A DNA stretch of 64,000 bases, taken from positions 208,174 to 272,173 of the forward strand of contig JBDTVZ010000002.1 of assembly GCA_040006935.1 (NCBI GenBank), in the 5' to 3' direction. The position numbers and the translations under genes are program-made. The stretch comes from Candidatus Dojkabacteria bacterium (lineage in GTDB: Bacteria; Patescibacteriota; Dojkabacteria; J137). Each line of letters opens with the position of its first letter. The first letter of the stretch is position 1. This document shows, one piece after another, positions 1-11,500 of the stretch. The notes under the pieces are model-generated. The model saw only the letters and a list, made by a program, of their open reading frames with translations. It did no database searches and was not told where the DNA came from.

Positions 1-1356
1 CTTCTATTTCATTTCTTTTATTAATAATTTCTGGTTCAACATTAGATTCAACATGAATAGCTTTTTTAATTGGATTCTTTTTCTGATGACTTAAAAGATT
101 TAATATTGTATCTTCTGGAACTTCAAGAATTAAGGAAAGCTCCCTTGCATAATGTCTTTGGGATATTTCATCTTTTACAAATGAGACTATTGGTAGAATT
201 AATGTTGAGAGTTTTTTCTTTCCCTCAGCACTTCCTAAATCTAAACCATTTTGAAGTTTGATAAATAAGTACTCTACTGTGTCCTTAGCTTCTTGTATTC
301 TCTTTGGCCATTCTTCGGGATTTTTACAAATTAACTCATCTGCATCCTGGAATCCAGATAGATCAATTACTTTATGACGTAAGCCTACTTCCTCTAAAAT
401 TTCCATGCTTCTCATAAGTGCTTTAGTACCAGCTCCATCTGTATCAAAAGAAAAATAGACTTCATCTACATATCTTTTCAAAAGTTTAGCCTGGTTACTT
501 GTAAATGCAGTTCCAAGTGGAGCAACAATATTTTCTACACCCACTCTATGAGATGAAAGGATGTCTATATTTCCTTCGACTAAAATTGCAAATTTTTCTT
601 TTCGCAAAGCTTCTTTTGCATGATAAAGCCCATAGAGCATTTCATTTTTTTTGTAGACTAACGTTTCCGGAGAATTTAAGTACTTTGGTGCTTCTTTGCT
701 AGTTCCTAAATATCTTCCACTAAATCCAACAACTTGGCCTCTTATATTAAAAATACATTGCATTAATCTATCTCTAAATTTATCAATTGTCTTACCTTCT
801 CTTTCTACGAGAAGTCCCCACTTTACTAATTCTTTTTCAGAAAAATTTTTGGATAATAGGAATTTTTTTAAATTCTCTCTTTGTGAAGTCGCATATCCAA
901 CCATGAATTTTTCTATTCTTGCTCCATCAATTTTTCTCTTTTGAGCATAATCTCTACCTTTTTTTCCTGTTACATGAGTTTGAAGAATGTAGTGATAATA
1001 TTTAGCTGTAAGTGCATTAGCTTCTAATAATCTTTTCTTTTCAAGTTCGATTTTTTCATCTTTTGCAATCGCTCTGCCAGTAAGTTCTACTCCAGCTTTT
1101 TCTGCAGCTATTCTCAAGGCTTCAGGGAATTCTACTCTCTCGATTTCTTGTATAAACGCAATTGAATCCCCTGCCTTTCCACAGCCGAAACATTTATATA
1201 TTTGGAGGCTTGGATTGATCATGAAGGATGGACTTTTTTCGTTATGAAATGGACATAAAGCCCTATAATTGGCTCCCGCTCGAGTTACATTAGGAACATA
1301 GGAAGAAATCACTTCTACAATATCAAGTTTTGACTTAACAAGCTCTATATCTGTCA
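1..1356 (-). CDS. dnaG: DNA primase DnaG (C-terminal end lies beyond the window start)
   Basis: Reverse-strand translation from the ATG at 1354-1356 gives MTDIELVKSKLDIVEVISSYVPNVTRAGANYRALCPFHNEKSPSF..CFGCG (DnaG zinc-ribbon motif) followed by a Toprim-like region. The frame stays open to position 1. Confidence 0.85.
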
Positions 1357-1438
1357 TATTAGTAATAATAACATAACGAAAAAACGTTTCTATGTATCTA
1401 TATTGCCATGATATAATTAAATATTTTAATGCTAATTT

Positions 1439-1819
1439 ATGGAAACATTTAGTAATAGTCCCTGTTATGGTTGTGGTGGGCAATGTTGCAAAGATATGAT
1501 GGCTTCAATCACCAAGGAGGAGCTCGAAACGTTTAAGATCTATAATACAATATTCATCCTCGATACTGCAGACTATATGATCGTATTAAAGAAAGTTTTA
1601 AAAGGCGAGACTGTTGGAAGAGGAATTTATGTTTGGAACAGTGAAGAAGATGGTCTCTATGATATTATAATATCTGGAAGCTGTGAGAATTTAAATCAAG
1701 ATGGAATGTGTAATATTCACGAAATCAGACCTGATATGTGCAAGTCTTTTCCTGCAGACGCTGGTGAATGCTTGAGTATAAGAAAATCTTCTATGGTGAA
1801 TATTTCGGATATTAAATAA
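1439..1819 (+). CDS. YkgJ/UPF0153-family Cys-cluster protein (putative Zn/Fe-chelating domain)
   Basis: 126 aa with CYGCGGQCC near the N-terminus and a second Cys/His cluster CNIHEIRPDMCKSFP, the pattern of the CxxCxxCC family. Confidence 0.5.
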   Translation: METFSNSPCYGCGGQCCKDMMASITKEELETFKIYNTIFILDTADYMIVLKKVLKGETVGRGIYVWNSEEDGLYDIIISGSCENLNQDGMCNIHEIRPDMCKSFPADAGECLSIRKSSMVNISDIK

Positions 1820-1877
1820 ATTATTTCGATTTGTCCCTAAATGTTTTATTATATTGTATATATCTAAAAAATACTCT

Positions 1878-2330
1878 ATGGAAATATTTATAGCATCGGA
1901 TCACGGCGGTTTTGAATTGAAGAATAAAATAAAAGAATATTTAGAATCTAAAAATCTTGATTTTCTAGACTTAGGTCCTAAAAGAGTAAATCCCGAGGAC
2001 GACTATCCTGACTACGCTTTTGCTGTGGCTACAGAAATGCAAAATAATCCAGAATCCTTAGGGATACTAATTTGCAGAAGTGGAAACGGAATGTGTATTG
2101 CTGCAAACAAAGTAAAAGGTATTTACGCTGCACTCTGCTTTACATCTCATCATGCGCAAAAGGCTCGCGAAGATGATAATGCTAATGTCTTGTGTCTGGA
2201 CTCAGATTACGAAGGCGAAGATGATCATTTAAAAATTGTAGAGAGTTTTATTAATTCTAAATTTGCTGGTCCAGAAACTCGTCATGGTAGAAGGTTTATG
2301 AAAATCGTTGAATTCGAAAATAATAACTAA
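1878..2330 (+). CDS. rpiB: ribose-5-phosphate isomerase B (RpiB/LacA/LacB family); the ORF could also start at 1854
   Basis: MEIFIASDHGGFELKNKIKEYL...ILICRSGNGMCIAANKVKGIYAALC matches the RpiB N-terminus and active-site region. Homologues start at the internal Met. Confidence 0.8.
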   Translation: MEIFIASDHGGFELKNKIKEYLESKNLDFLDLGPKRVNPEDDYPDYAFAVATEMQNNPESLGILICRSGNGMCIAANKVKGIYAALCFTSHHAQKAREDDNANVLCLDSDYEGEDDHLKIVESFINSKFAGPETRHGRRFMKIVEFENNN

Positions 2331-2420
2331 TACTAATATATAACCAAGATTTAACGCTGTGGTTTGCTATCATCTTATTGTTTATGTAAAATAGCTTAAT
2401 AAACTTTTAATTTTATTGCA

Positions 2421-3278
2421 GTGAATTTATTAGACCCCATTTTATTAGGAGCTTTACAGGGATTAACAGAATTTATTCCTGTTTCTAGTTCAGGACATTT
2501 GTATATTTTCCCTAAAATCTTTAATGCCCCAGCATACTTAAGTTCTACTTCTTTTATACTATTTTTACATCTAGGTACTCTATTAGCTCTTCTGATTTAC
2601 TATCGAAAATTAATAATTAAATACGTACAAGTTTCCCTTAGATATTTAAAATCTAGGGAACCTAAAGGTGAAGACAAAAAAGATATTTTGGTTATTCGAA
2701 ATGTAATACTTGGAACAATTCCTGCAGGTTTGATTGGTTTAATAGTAGATAAGTTTTTGAGCAATCTATACGACGAACAAATAATGGATAAAAACGTTGC
2801 ATTTTTTGTAGTAGCAATTCCTATGATAATTATGGGATTATTATTCATTTTCGAGACAAGAATTATCAAAGGTAATGATAAAAATATTGAAGATTTAAGT
2901 ATTAACAAAACTCTAACTGTAGGACTATCCCAAGCTATTGCATTTATACGTGGAGTTTCGAGATCTGGTATCACTCTACTTTCAGGACAATTTGCAGGTT
3001 TAAGTAGAGTTTCCGCTGCAGAGTTTTCTTTTTTAATTAGTATTCCAATTATATCTGCTTCAAGTTTACTTGAAGTTATACAATTTATTAAAGATTCATC
3101 TAGTTTTTCGAGTGACTTAATTGCCGCATATATTTTAGGAGCCGTGACTTCTTTTGTAATAGGGCTTTTCGCAATAAATTTTCTTTTGAAATTTCTAAGG
3201 ACTAGAAGCTTAGCTGTGTTTGGTTATTACAGAGTTTATTTTGGAGTGTTTCTAATCTTCTTAATTATTTTTAGATAA
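2421..3278 (+). CDS. uppP: undecaprenyl-diphosphate phosphatase UppP/BacA
   Basis: GTG start. LGALQGLTEFIPVSSSGHL is the signature UppP motif. The protein is polytopic. Confidence 0.9.
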   Translation: MNLLDPILLGALQGLTEFIPVSSSGHLYIFPKIFNAPAYLSSTSFILFLHLGTLLALLIYYRKLIIKYVQVSLRYLKSREPKGEDKKDILVIRNVILGTIPAGLIGLIVDKFLSNLYDEQIMDKNVAFFVVAIPMIIMGLLFIFETRIIKGNDKNIEDLSINKTLTVGLSQAIAFIRGVSRSGITLLSGQFAGLSRVSAAEFSFLISIPIISASSLLEVIQFIKDSSSFSSDLIAAYILGAVTSFVIGLFAINFLLKFLRTRSLAVFGYYRVYFGVFLIFLIIFR

Positions 3279-4204
3279 TGAAAAAAGCTGTGCTCTTTGG
3301 AGCAACTGGTTTAATTGGCACTGAATTAATTCAATCTTTATTAAAAAGTGATTATTCGGCTGTAGTTGTGAGTCGGGATAAAACTAAAGCAGAAAATTCA
3401 AACCCTTGGTTGAATAGTAATGAAAGTAAAATCAGATTTCTGAGTAGCGATGACGAAGTTGACATAATACAATCTATAAATGGAGCTGATGCAGTTATAA
3501 ATTTAGCTGGTGCAGGACTTTTTGATAAAAGATGGTCCAAACAATATAAAGAAGTTCTATTTGATAGTCGAGTTGATATTACAAAAGCTATTGTTGGTTA
3601 TATCTCTAAAGCGAAAGAAAAACCTAAAGTTTTTATTAGTGGATCCGCAGTGGGATATTATGGTGGAACTATAAGCGATAAAGTTCTAGACGAAAGCTCT
3701 CCTTCTGGCTTTGATTTTTTAGCTCAGCTTTGCACAGCTTGGGAAAACGAAGCTAATAAAGTTAAAAATTCCAGGGTTAGAGTTATCAATTTAAGAACAG
3801 GAATAGTATTTTCTAAAATGGGCGGAGCCTTATCTAAATTATTAGCAGGAATTAAATTTAAAATTGGTACTTATTTTAAACCTGGAACTCAATACTTATC
3901 TTGGATACATATTGAAGATTTGGTTAGTATAATTATGACCTGTATTAGTAATAAAAAGGTTAACGGACCCATTAATGCTACAGCACCCAAACCCCTGACG
4001 TATAAGAAACTTTCAGAAGATATTTTTGAAGTTTACCAACCTTTATTTACTATTCCAGTTCCTAAAATTTTAGCGAGACTTATTATCGGAGAAAGCTCAA
4101 CACTCCTTACTACGGGGCAAAAAGTAACACCACAAAAACTTCTAGGCTTAAATTTTGAATTTAAGTATACAGAAGCTCTGCAGGCGTTACATAATCTAAG
4201 TTAA
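3278..4204 (+). CDS. epimerase family protein (SDR39U1/YfcH-like, TIGR01777 with DUF1731-type C-terminus)
   Basis: N-terminal Rossmann GATGLIGTEL. The start overlaps the uppP stop (TAATG). Length and layout are typical of YfcH. Confidence 0.75.
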   Translation: MKKAVLFGATGLIGTELIQSLLKSDYSAVVVSRDKTKAENSNPWLNSNESKIRFLSSDDEVDIIQSINGADAVINLAGAGLFDKRWSKQYKEVLFDSRVDITKAIVGYISKAKEKPKVFISGSAVGYYGGTISDKVLDESSPSGFDFLAQLCTAWENEANKVKNSRVRVINLRTGIVFSKMGGALSKLLAGIKFKIGTYFKPGTQYLSWIHIEDLVSIIMTCISNKKVNGPINATAPKPLTYKKLSEDIFEVYQPLFTIPVPKILARLIIGESSTLLTTGQKVTPQKLLGLNFEFKYTEALQALHNLS

Positions 4205-4205
4205 C

Positions 4206-4604
4206 TTACTTCCAAAGAGCAAATAAAACTCCCATCATAAGGAAGTTTGCAAGAAAATATCCAGAATCTATTAGAACTAATTTAAAATTCTTATTTTCAA
4301 AAATACCATTAGTAAAAAATGGCACAAATGTAAATCCTACCCAAACTAAAGCACCTAATGCTAAACCGTCTACCAGAGTACTTACTCCTAGGTAACTAAC
4401 AAACATAGCGAATACAACTGCTGAGACTATTGCTCCAACTGAAGTCATTGCATAACTCATACTAGAGCCATTCATATCTTCAGCCTTCTTACCAATTAAT
4501 TTTACCCACATTGTTCCAAATACTGGCATGGAATACCAAATGAATCCTGTAACCATACTTAACACCGCAGCTACAACAACTGCAAAAATGTTTACTGACG
4601 GCAT
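4206..4604 (-). CDS. DUF1761-like small membrane protein
   Basis: Starts at the internal Met MPSVNIFAVVVAAVLSMVTGFIWYS, which matches this family's N-terminus, and has 4 TM segments. The ORF extension to 4685 is probably not translated. Confidence 0.5.
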   Translation of the reverse strand: MPSVNIFAVVVAAVLSMVTGFIWYSMPVFGTMWVKLIGKKAEDMNGSSMSYAMTSVGAIVSAVVFAMFVSYLGVSTLVDGLALGALVWVGFTFVPFFTNGIFENKNFKLVLIDSGYFLANFLMMGVLFALWK

Positions 4605-4794
4605 AGAGAGAAAATAATAAATATTATTATTAATATAAATCTCCAATAAGAAACAGTCAAATACTAAATTACAAAACACAAACAAAAAACAAATTAAAAC
4701 TTACAAATAAGCAACAAATATTAGATTTAGTATTTGGATTTTTTGAAACTCTTTGTTTGAGCTTTGTGATTGTTTAGAATTTAGATATTAGGAT

Positions 4795-5520
4795 TTAAAA
4801 TTTTATCTCATGTATATCAAAATCTCCCCAAGGTTTTTCGTCACCGGGAAAACTGCTGAAATTTAAGATTTCATGAGTTATTGGATGAGGAAAACTTAAT
4901 CTATAAGCCCAGAGTGCTGGAAATTTTTCTGATTGTGGTTTTGGATTATATTTTGTATCACCGATAAGAGCGAACCCAAGGTGTGCGAATTGTGCTCTAA
5001 TTTGATGGAATCTACCAGTTTCTAAGTTAATTTCAATTAATGTTTTGTTATCTTTTATCTCGATAATTTTATATTTTAACTTGGATAGTTTTGCTCTCTC
5101 TGACATTGGATGAAAACTCTCGTAAGTTTTTGCGTCAACTGCAGAATCAAATATTAATGCCTTATTAATCTCTTTATCTTTTACTAAATAATTTTCTAAT
5201 GTTTGATATTCATTAGTATCTTTTTCTAATGCTCCGTCCAATATTGCAATATATCTTTTATCCATTTCGCCATTGATAATTGATTTTGATAATCTTCCAG
5301 CGGATTTAGAATTCTTAGCAAAAACCATTATTCCTGCAACATTTTTATCTAATCTATGGACTAGACCTAAAAAAACATTTCCCGGTTTATCGTCTCGGTT
5401 TTTTATTATCTTTTTTAGCTCTGTGAGCATGTCTGGAGAGTCTGTTCCATCAGATTGGGAAAGAATCCCAACTGGTTTTTGTGCTACTAATATTTGATTG
5501 TCTTCGAATAAAATTGTCAT
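4795..5520 (-). CDS. RluA-family pseudouridine synthase
   Basis: HRLDKNVAGIMVFAKN is the catalytic-Asp motif HRLD..SG of RluA/RsuA enzymes. Confidence 0.85.
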   Translation of the reverse strand: MTILFEDNQILVAQKPVGILSQSDGTDSPDMLTELKKIIKNRDDKPGNVFLGLVHRLDKNVAGIMVFAKNSKSAGRLSKSIINGEMDKRYIAILDGALEKDTNEYQTLENYLVKDKEINKALIFDSAVDAKTYESFHPMSERAKLSKLKYKIIEIKDNKTLIEINLETGRFHQIRAQFAHLGFALIGDTKYNPKPQSEKFPALWAYRLSFPHPITHEILNFSSFPGDEKPWGDFDIHEIKF

Positions 5521-5679
5521 ATGTTAGTTATTCCTCCTCTATTTAAGAGGAGGTTGGGAGGAGTTAATACCGCACCGAAACCAGGTAATTGTTTGTGCGG
5601 TCCATATTGTTATTCATAACTCCCCTAACCCCTCTTACAAAGAGGGAAATAATTTATAATTTTAATTGTTAATTTATAA

Positions 5680-6543
5680 TTAATCTCTCTCCCACCTAAT
5701 AGAAACTCCACACGGTAGGAACAGACCTGGCCTAGTTTCAATTGATAATCCAATTTCATTTGAATACACTTTACCACTAAAATTTTCCAATATTTGATCT
5801 TTTAGAATATTTTCCATAGCATATCTAGAAATATCGTTAGCATAAGAATTTATTAACATGAATGAGGCATCGTCGCTTAATAATTCTTTGCATAGAGTTA
5901 TTAATTCATTAAGGCTTTTCTCTATTTCCCATATTTCTCCTTCTTTTCCTCTTCCAAAAGCTGGGGGATCCATAATTATTCCATGGTATTTATTTCCTCT
6001 TCTGATTTCTCTTTGCACAAATTTAATAACGTCGTCTTGAATAAATCTAACTTTTTTATCTAAAAGATTGGAGGATTCTACATTTGCTTTTGCAAGTTCA
6101 ATCATTCCACGCGATGCATCTATATGGACAACTTCTGCTCCGGCTGACAATGCGGCAACGGTTGCTCCCCCCGTATAAGCAAAGAGATTTAGTATTTTGA
6201 GGCTTTGAGGTTCTCTTGTAATTCTTTCTATAATCCATTCCCAGTTCACTGCTTGTTCGGGGAAAAGTCCTGTGTGTTTAAAACTTGTTGGTTTTATATT
6301 GAACTTTAGATTATCGTAAGATATTTCCCAAAAATCCGGAATTTTATTAATATTTTCCCAAAAACCTCCTCCTGATTTATTTCTATGATAGAAAGCATCA
6401 GCTTTATCCCATAAATTCGACTTCTTATTCCAAATCGCTTGTGGGTCTGGTCTTCTCAATATATATTTTCCCCATTGTTCGAGTTTTTCACCTTCGCCTG
6501 CGTCTAAAACTTTAAAATCTTGCCATTTATCTGCTACCCACAT
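5680..6543 (-). CDS. class I SAM-dependent methyltransferase (RlmI-like, Methyltrans_SAM family)
   Basis: N-terminal W.DFKVLDAGEGEKLEQWG, Rossmann FAYTGGATVAAL, and IMDPPAFGRG (DPPxF motif). Confidence 0.7.
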   Translation of the reverse strand: MWVADKWQDFKVLDAGEGEKLEQWGKYILRRPDPQAIWNKKSNLWDKADAFYHRNKSGGGFWENINKIPDFWEISYDNLKFNIKPTSFKHTGLFPEQAVNWEWIIERITREPQSLKILNLFAYTGGATVAALSAGAEVVHIDASRGMIELAKANVESSNLLDKKVRFIQDDVIKFVQREIRRGNKYHGIIMDPPAFGRGKEGEIWEIEKSLNELITLCKELLSDDASFMLINSYANDISRYAMENILKDQILENFSGKVYSNEIGLSIETRPGLFLPCGVSIRWERD

Positions 6544-6698
6544 ATTAAAATGAATAAATTAAAAAATTAAAGAATGAAGAGATTTACCCTTCGATAAACT
6601 CAGAATGACATTAGAATCTTCTGTCATGTGAACCATAATTCGTTCATTTTTTCATTCATTAGTATTATACTAGGATTAATTCATATACAAAAGAAATT

Positions 6699-7943
6699 AT
6701 GATTACTGAAAAAATAAAGAAGTTAAAGCTGATTAATGAATTCTATTTCTTTAGAATAATCTTTCAAATAAGTTCGTACTTCATGTATTCATTCTATTTA
6801 ATTCTTCTGTATAAACAAACTAATGATTTTAAAGTTCTAATTTTAGATTCAATAATATTTTATGCGGGTGGGTGGATTGGATTTATTTTTGGAAGCGTTG
6901 CCCTTCAGAGAGTTGGCTACGTAAATACTTTTCGACTTAGCTTTATATTTACAGCAATTGCTGGAATTGCCATTTTAGTATCTATTCCCCAGATTGCATT
7001 ACTTTTTCCATTACTCAGTTTATTGAGAGGTTTTGGAAGAGGAATATTCTGGCCTGTTTACCATACCTACACTCTAAAAGAATTTAATGTTGGGGAGAGA
7101 GGAAATATTATTAGTATTGTAACAAGCACTAACTTACTACTTGATATTGCATTTCCAGTATTGGTGGGAACGTTAATCTCCTATTCAGGAGATTATGTAT
7201 TAATTTATATTATTGGTAGTGCAATATTATTAACCTCTGTCTTGGTAAAGTTTGGTTACAACAAAATGCCAAGTACAAAAATTACCTCTCAGGAGATTAG
7301 CAATATTTTAAAAGATAAAGTTTTTGTTAAGTTTGCAATCCTAACAATTTTTGATCAAATTGCATGGATAGTAGTGGCTTTCACGATTCTAATTCTTCCT
7401 TTTATATTTACTAAAAACGAAGGGGATGCGGGGGCTATTATGAGTATTGTTAACCTGATTGCTGCAATAATTGCATTTACGCAAAGAAAAGCAATAGTTA
7501 GGAAAAGCATCGGCCTAAGCAAATTTGGTTACATTTTTGGACTTCTATCGGCGATAGTTCTTATATATTTCTGGAATGTTATTGGTTTAACTATAAGCAT
7601 GATTTTGATGATTTTATGCGTCTCGTTAAGGGATCCTTTGGAAGAAAAATTAGTTGTTTATATCAAGCAGATAATATTAGACAAGCTTAAGAACCAATCA
7701 GCTATAGAAATGAATATGATTATGGAAAGTATTTACCTAATAGGAAGAACAATTGGCTTGATAATATTTTTACTCTCATTTATTTTTATTAATAATTCTG
7801 ACAATGTATTTAAGATATTTATATTAATATCTTCCTTGTGGGGGTTTATCAATATATACTTTCTACTTAGAATCACTCGGAAGCATAAAAAAGAGCTAGT
7901 TGAAATGACAATTAGCTCTAATGATAATTCTATTTTGAGATAA
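6699..7943 (+). CDS. polytopic membrane transporter, MFS-like
   Basis: About 12 hydrophobic segments and LRGFGRGIFWP resembling MFS motif A. It converges on greA with zero spacing. Confidence 0.45.
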   Translation: MITEKIKKLKLINEFYFFRIIFQISSYFMYSFYLILLYKQTNDFKVLILDSIIFYAGGWIGFIFGSVALQRVGYVNTFRLSFIFTAIAGIAILVSIPQIALLFPLLSLLRGFGRGIFWPVYHTYTLKEFNVGERGNIISIVTSTNLLLDIAFPVLVGTLISYSGDYVLIYIIGSAILLTSVLVKFGYNKMPSTKITSQEISNILKDKVFVKFAILTIFDQIAWIVVAFTILILPFIFTKNEGDAGAIMSIVNLIAAIIAFTQRKAIVRKSIGLSKFGYIFGLLSAIVLIYFWNVIGLTISMILMILCVSLRDPLEEKLVVYIKQIILDKLKNQSAIEMNMIMESIYLIGRTIGLIIFLLSFIFINNSDNVFKIFILISSLWGFINIYFLLRITRKHKKELVEMTISSNDNSILR

Positions 7944-8453
7944 CTATGCTGTTAACTTTAGGATTTTATACTTGATTATTTTGTTAGGTAGCACAACATC
8001 AACAGTATCTCCTACTTTTGCGTTATAAATAGCTTTCCCAATTGGTGAATCTACTGAGATTTTCCCTTCCAATGGATTTGCTACTTTTGTTTCTTCTGAT
8101 CCTACTAGAACTACTATTCTCTTATCTTTATTTTCAACATTTTGAATCTCCACTTTTTCTCCAATACTAATTGAGTTATCCTGTGTATTCTCATCTGCAA
8201 TTTTAGCAATGGCAAGAATATCCTCAATTTCGAGAATTCTATTTTCATTCATTTCTTTCTTTTCCATTGCTACTGAGTAAGCGTGATTTTCACTTAAGTC
8301 ACCAAGCTCTCTTGCTGCTGCAATTTCATCGGCAATATCCTTTCTTAAAACCTTAATTCTATTATCAAGCTCAGCCTCTAGTTGATTGTAGGCTTCCTGA
8401 GTCATTGTCATTAATTTCTCCTCTATTTTGCCATTCTTTCTTGTCTTAGCCAT
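7944..8453 (-). CDS. greA: transcription elongation factor GreA
   Basis: MTQEAYNQLEAELDNRIKV...LGDLSENHAYSVAMEKKEMNENRILEIED...SPIGKAIYNAKVGD shows the coiled-coil and FKBP-like domains of GreA. Confidence 0.85.
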   Translation of the reverse strand: MAKTRKNGKIEEKLMTMTQEAYNQLEAELDNRIKVLRKDIADEIAAARELGDLSENHAYSVAMEKKEMNENRILEIEDILAIAKIADENTQDNSISIGEKVEIQNVENKDKRIVVLVGSEETKVANPLEGKISVDSPIGKAIYNAKVGDTVDVVLPNKIIKYKILKLTA

Positions 8454-8578
8454 ATTGTGTAAATAAAAAATTTGATCTCTAAAAAGATTTTGATTATATC
8501 ACCAAGTCTAATTATTTAAAAATGAGTCTTCTAACTAAAAGAAAACTCATTCTTGAAATCGAAGTTTATCTTACTAAA

Positions 8579-11500
8579 TCACCGTTTAATTGTCAAATCT
8601 ATGAGTTGATCGTCAAAAAGTGACTGTGTGAAAGTGACCGGATTAGAAGATAGGTCAAGGCTTGGAGAGGATGATAAAATCTTATTTGATATGTCAGTTT
8701 GGAATGTCAAATATGAAGTTGCAAAAGAACCTTTAGGCTTAGCTTGACCTAAGCTTAACAAAATTTTGTCATCTATCACTCTTCCTTGATTTGGAATATT
8801 CCATTTTACTGTTACTTTACTTTCACTTACCACTCTAAATGCAGCACATTTTTCTGAGTCAGTTGAATTTATAACAACCCTTTCTGCTGGGAAATCTTCG
8901 AAACTTATATTTGTATTTGGTACAGACAAAGGTAAGCATAAAGATACTTCTTGAGAATTTCCAATGTTAGGGAACGTCATACTTACTTTGTAAGTTAAAT
9001 CACTAGAGTTTGTAATCAATATTTGACTATCTACACTAATGCTTGGGTATTTATTGGGATTCACAACCTTAGTATCTTCTACGTTTACGGCTGGTTTAAA
9101 GTACATATCTGTAGAATTTATTTTATTACCATCTAAATCACTCTCAGCTATAAACCCAGAGTAATCCAAACTCTCTGTTTGTACATAAATATTTTTATTA
9201 TTAAATTCATTATTTAATACGTTGAAAAGAACTGGTAGATTCGCTTGAGTATCACTAAGTATTGAATTAAATGTATAAGCCAAGAGTTGTGCACTTATTC
9301 TGTATTTGGATGCAAGGCTTGGATTAGCATCTTGCACACTTTCTAAATTTGTTAGGAAATTTCCATCCGCAAAATTAACATTATTAACTTCTAATTTCTT
9401 TCCTGTGAATACTTGTTTATCAATATTATCCAGTGCACTATAGTTAATTGCCACTACTCCATCGACTTCCTTTTTAAAACTTGATGCAAAAACTTTCTTC
9501 ATTATAGATTGATATTCATTAAAATCTGAAACATCCCCTATATCTGTTAATGTTAAATTCTGAAGAGTTTTATATGTGTACTTTCTATTATTAATCTGTT
9601 TTAAATCAGCTTCACTTACTGCCGATAAGTCGGGTGTAAAATCGCTCGCAGAATTCACTACAACATCTGTAACACTTCCTTTATTAACAGTAACTAGTGC
9701 AAATGCTGCAATATCTCCTCCTATTGGTTTTAATCTTGTATTATCAAGTAAAACAAAAAGATAAACTTTAGCACTTTTATAACCCAATAAATCCGAGATA
9801 TTTTCCGCTGAAACCGTTGATTCAGACCAATGGTTGCTATTTTCAACATTCTTTCTTAAATTTACGAATTTATTTTGTATAAAACTCGGATAAAGGCTTG
9901 AATCAACGTTATCTATTAATTCAATACTTTTATCCACCTTATCTTTTCCTAATGCTAAGAAGGGTGAACGGTCTTCTAATATTTTTAAATAGCTTGAATA
10001 ATCAGCTCCATTGTTTGAGACAGCTAGATAGCTATCTGATCCTGCTCTTAGTTGGGTATTATTTTTAAAATTTGCTAAATAATCATAGAAAGGTGCAGTT
10101 GCGTAGGCCATATTAGAAACACCTTCTGCATATAGTTTAAATGCTGAAATACCCTTTTTAACTTCATTATAATTTTTCCCGAGTGCAATAATCCTTGCTG
10201 GCAGCTCAAATCTAGTTACTACGGTATCAATATTGCTTAGTGAATTTTTAATTCTATCTGCGTCACCTGCAACTAGATCCATTCTGGAGTTTTGAATATT
10301 GATTTCTAAGCTTTGGTATTCTGGCAAAATTAATAGGAATTCCTTGGCGATTACTATTACTGGTGAGAAAATATACAAATAGAATGAAATTAAAATTCCA
10401 AAGCTTAATAAAATTAAACCAGCTTCCAGTGGTGTTTTGTTTTTAAATATACTGAATGTTTGGCCTACTAATCTTACTTTTTCCCATGACCAATTGGTAA
10501 ATCTCTCCGTAAAAGTTCTTGGTTTTCGCTTCCGTTTATCTCTAATTGTATTTGCAGCATATTCTATTTGTCTTTTTCTATCATCCTCTTGCCTCTTTCT
10601 TTCTGCGATTAACCTTGATACTGGCCCTGTAGTATCATCCATTTCACTAGTTTGTGATTGATTTTTATCGGCCAAGTCGACAAAACTTTTTAATTTATCT
10701 ACAAAATTTTTGCTACCGCTTACTTTTGTTGATGTGCTCATCTCCAAAAGATATATTTTCCCAGCTGCAATAGATTGCTTAATAGCTTTTTCAAAGGGAA
10801 CTCTTGTAGTCCATCCAATCTGGCTTAAATTTGGTGCTGGTTTATAGAATTTAATTGTTGGGAGGTTATCCTTTTCATCTATAAATTCAATATTCTGAGC
10901 GTTTTCCTCTACTTCTTGGATTTTATATGCAATCGATAAATGACTAAATTGGTTGTCGTAACTCAAAGAATAAATATTTCCTTTTGTATTTGGAGAAAAT
11001 TGTGCCTTAATAATTCCATATGCTGCATCTAGAACATGCACTAGGAACTCTGTATCTAAACCATCTTTTTTGAGTTTAAGATTTTCTTCTTTTGCTGCAG
11101 ATAAAATTAGGTCGACAAAAGGTGTGTTTTTATTAAAATCTATTCCATCGCCAATAATTTCTGCTAGCCTTACAATTCGCACGTCCAGATTGACTCTTTC
11201 AAAATATTCCATTGATAAGCTTTCTGCATATCTTTGTAGTTCCAAATTGGTATAAACCTTATGTTTTGCTGCTGCATCTGGAGTGTAACTGGAACCTAGT
11301 TCATCGTTTGCTAAAACTCTTTGGTGAGCTTTTATTGAAGTTGTTAGGAGAACTTTTGCATCAAACTTAGTCGCAAGTTTGAGAGTTGAGTCGTAGTAAT
11401 TTGAGAAGTTTAGGAAATCCTGAGTTGAAATTTGCGCAACTGTATCTCCAGTATCGTGTGCAAAGTAGAATACATAATCCAACCTTCTTATTTCTTCGTC

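Noticed and set aside
2600-2974. 124-aa minus-strand ORF inside uppP, and similar antisense ORFs (3352-3540, 5273-5497, 9576-9764, 12110-12319, 21625-22146, 30059-30247, 56111-56488 and others)
   Set aside because: They are fully embedded antisense to well-supported genes, with AT-rich low-complexity translations and no motifs.
4605-4685. N-terminal extension of the DUF1761-like protein
   Set aside because: The family N-terminus aligns with the internal Met at 4604, and the extension is not hydrophobic in the expected pattern.
8519-8551. Hairpin aatgagt-N18-actcatt downstream of the SDR-DUF4012 gene
   Set aside because: AT-rich 7-bp stem with an 18-nt loop; plausible but not convincing as a terminator, so it is left unannotated.
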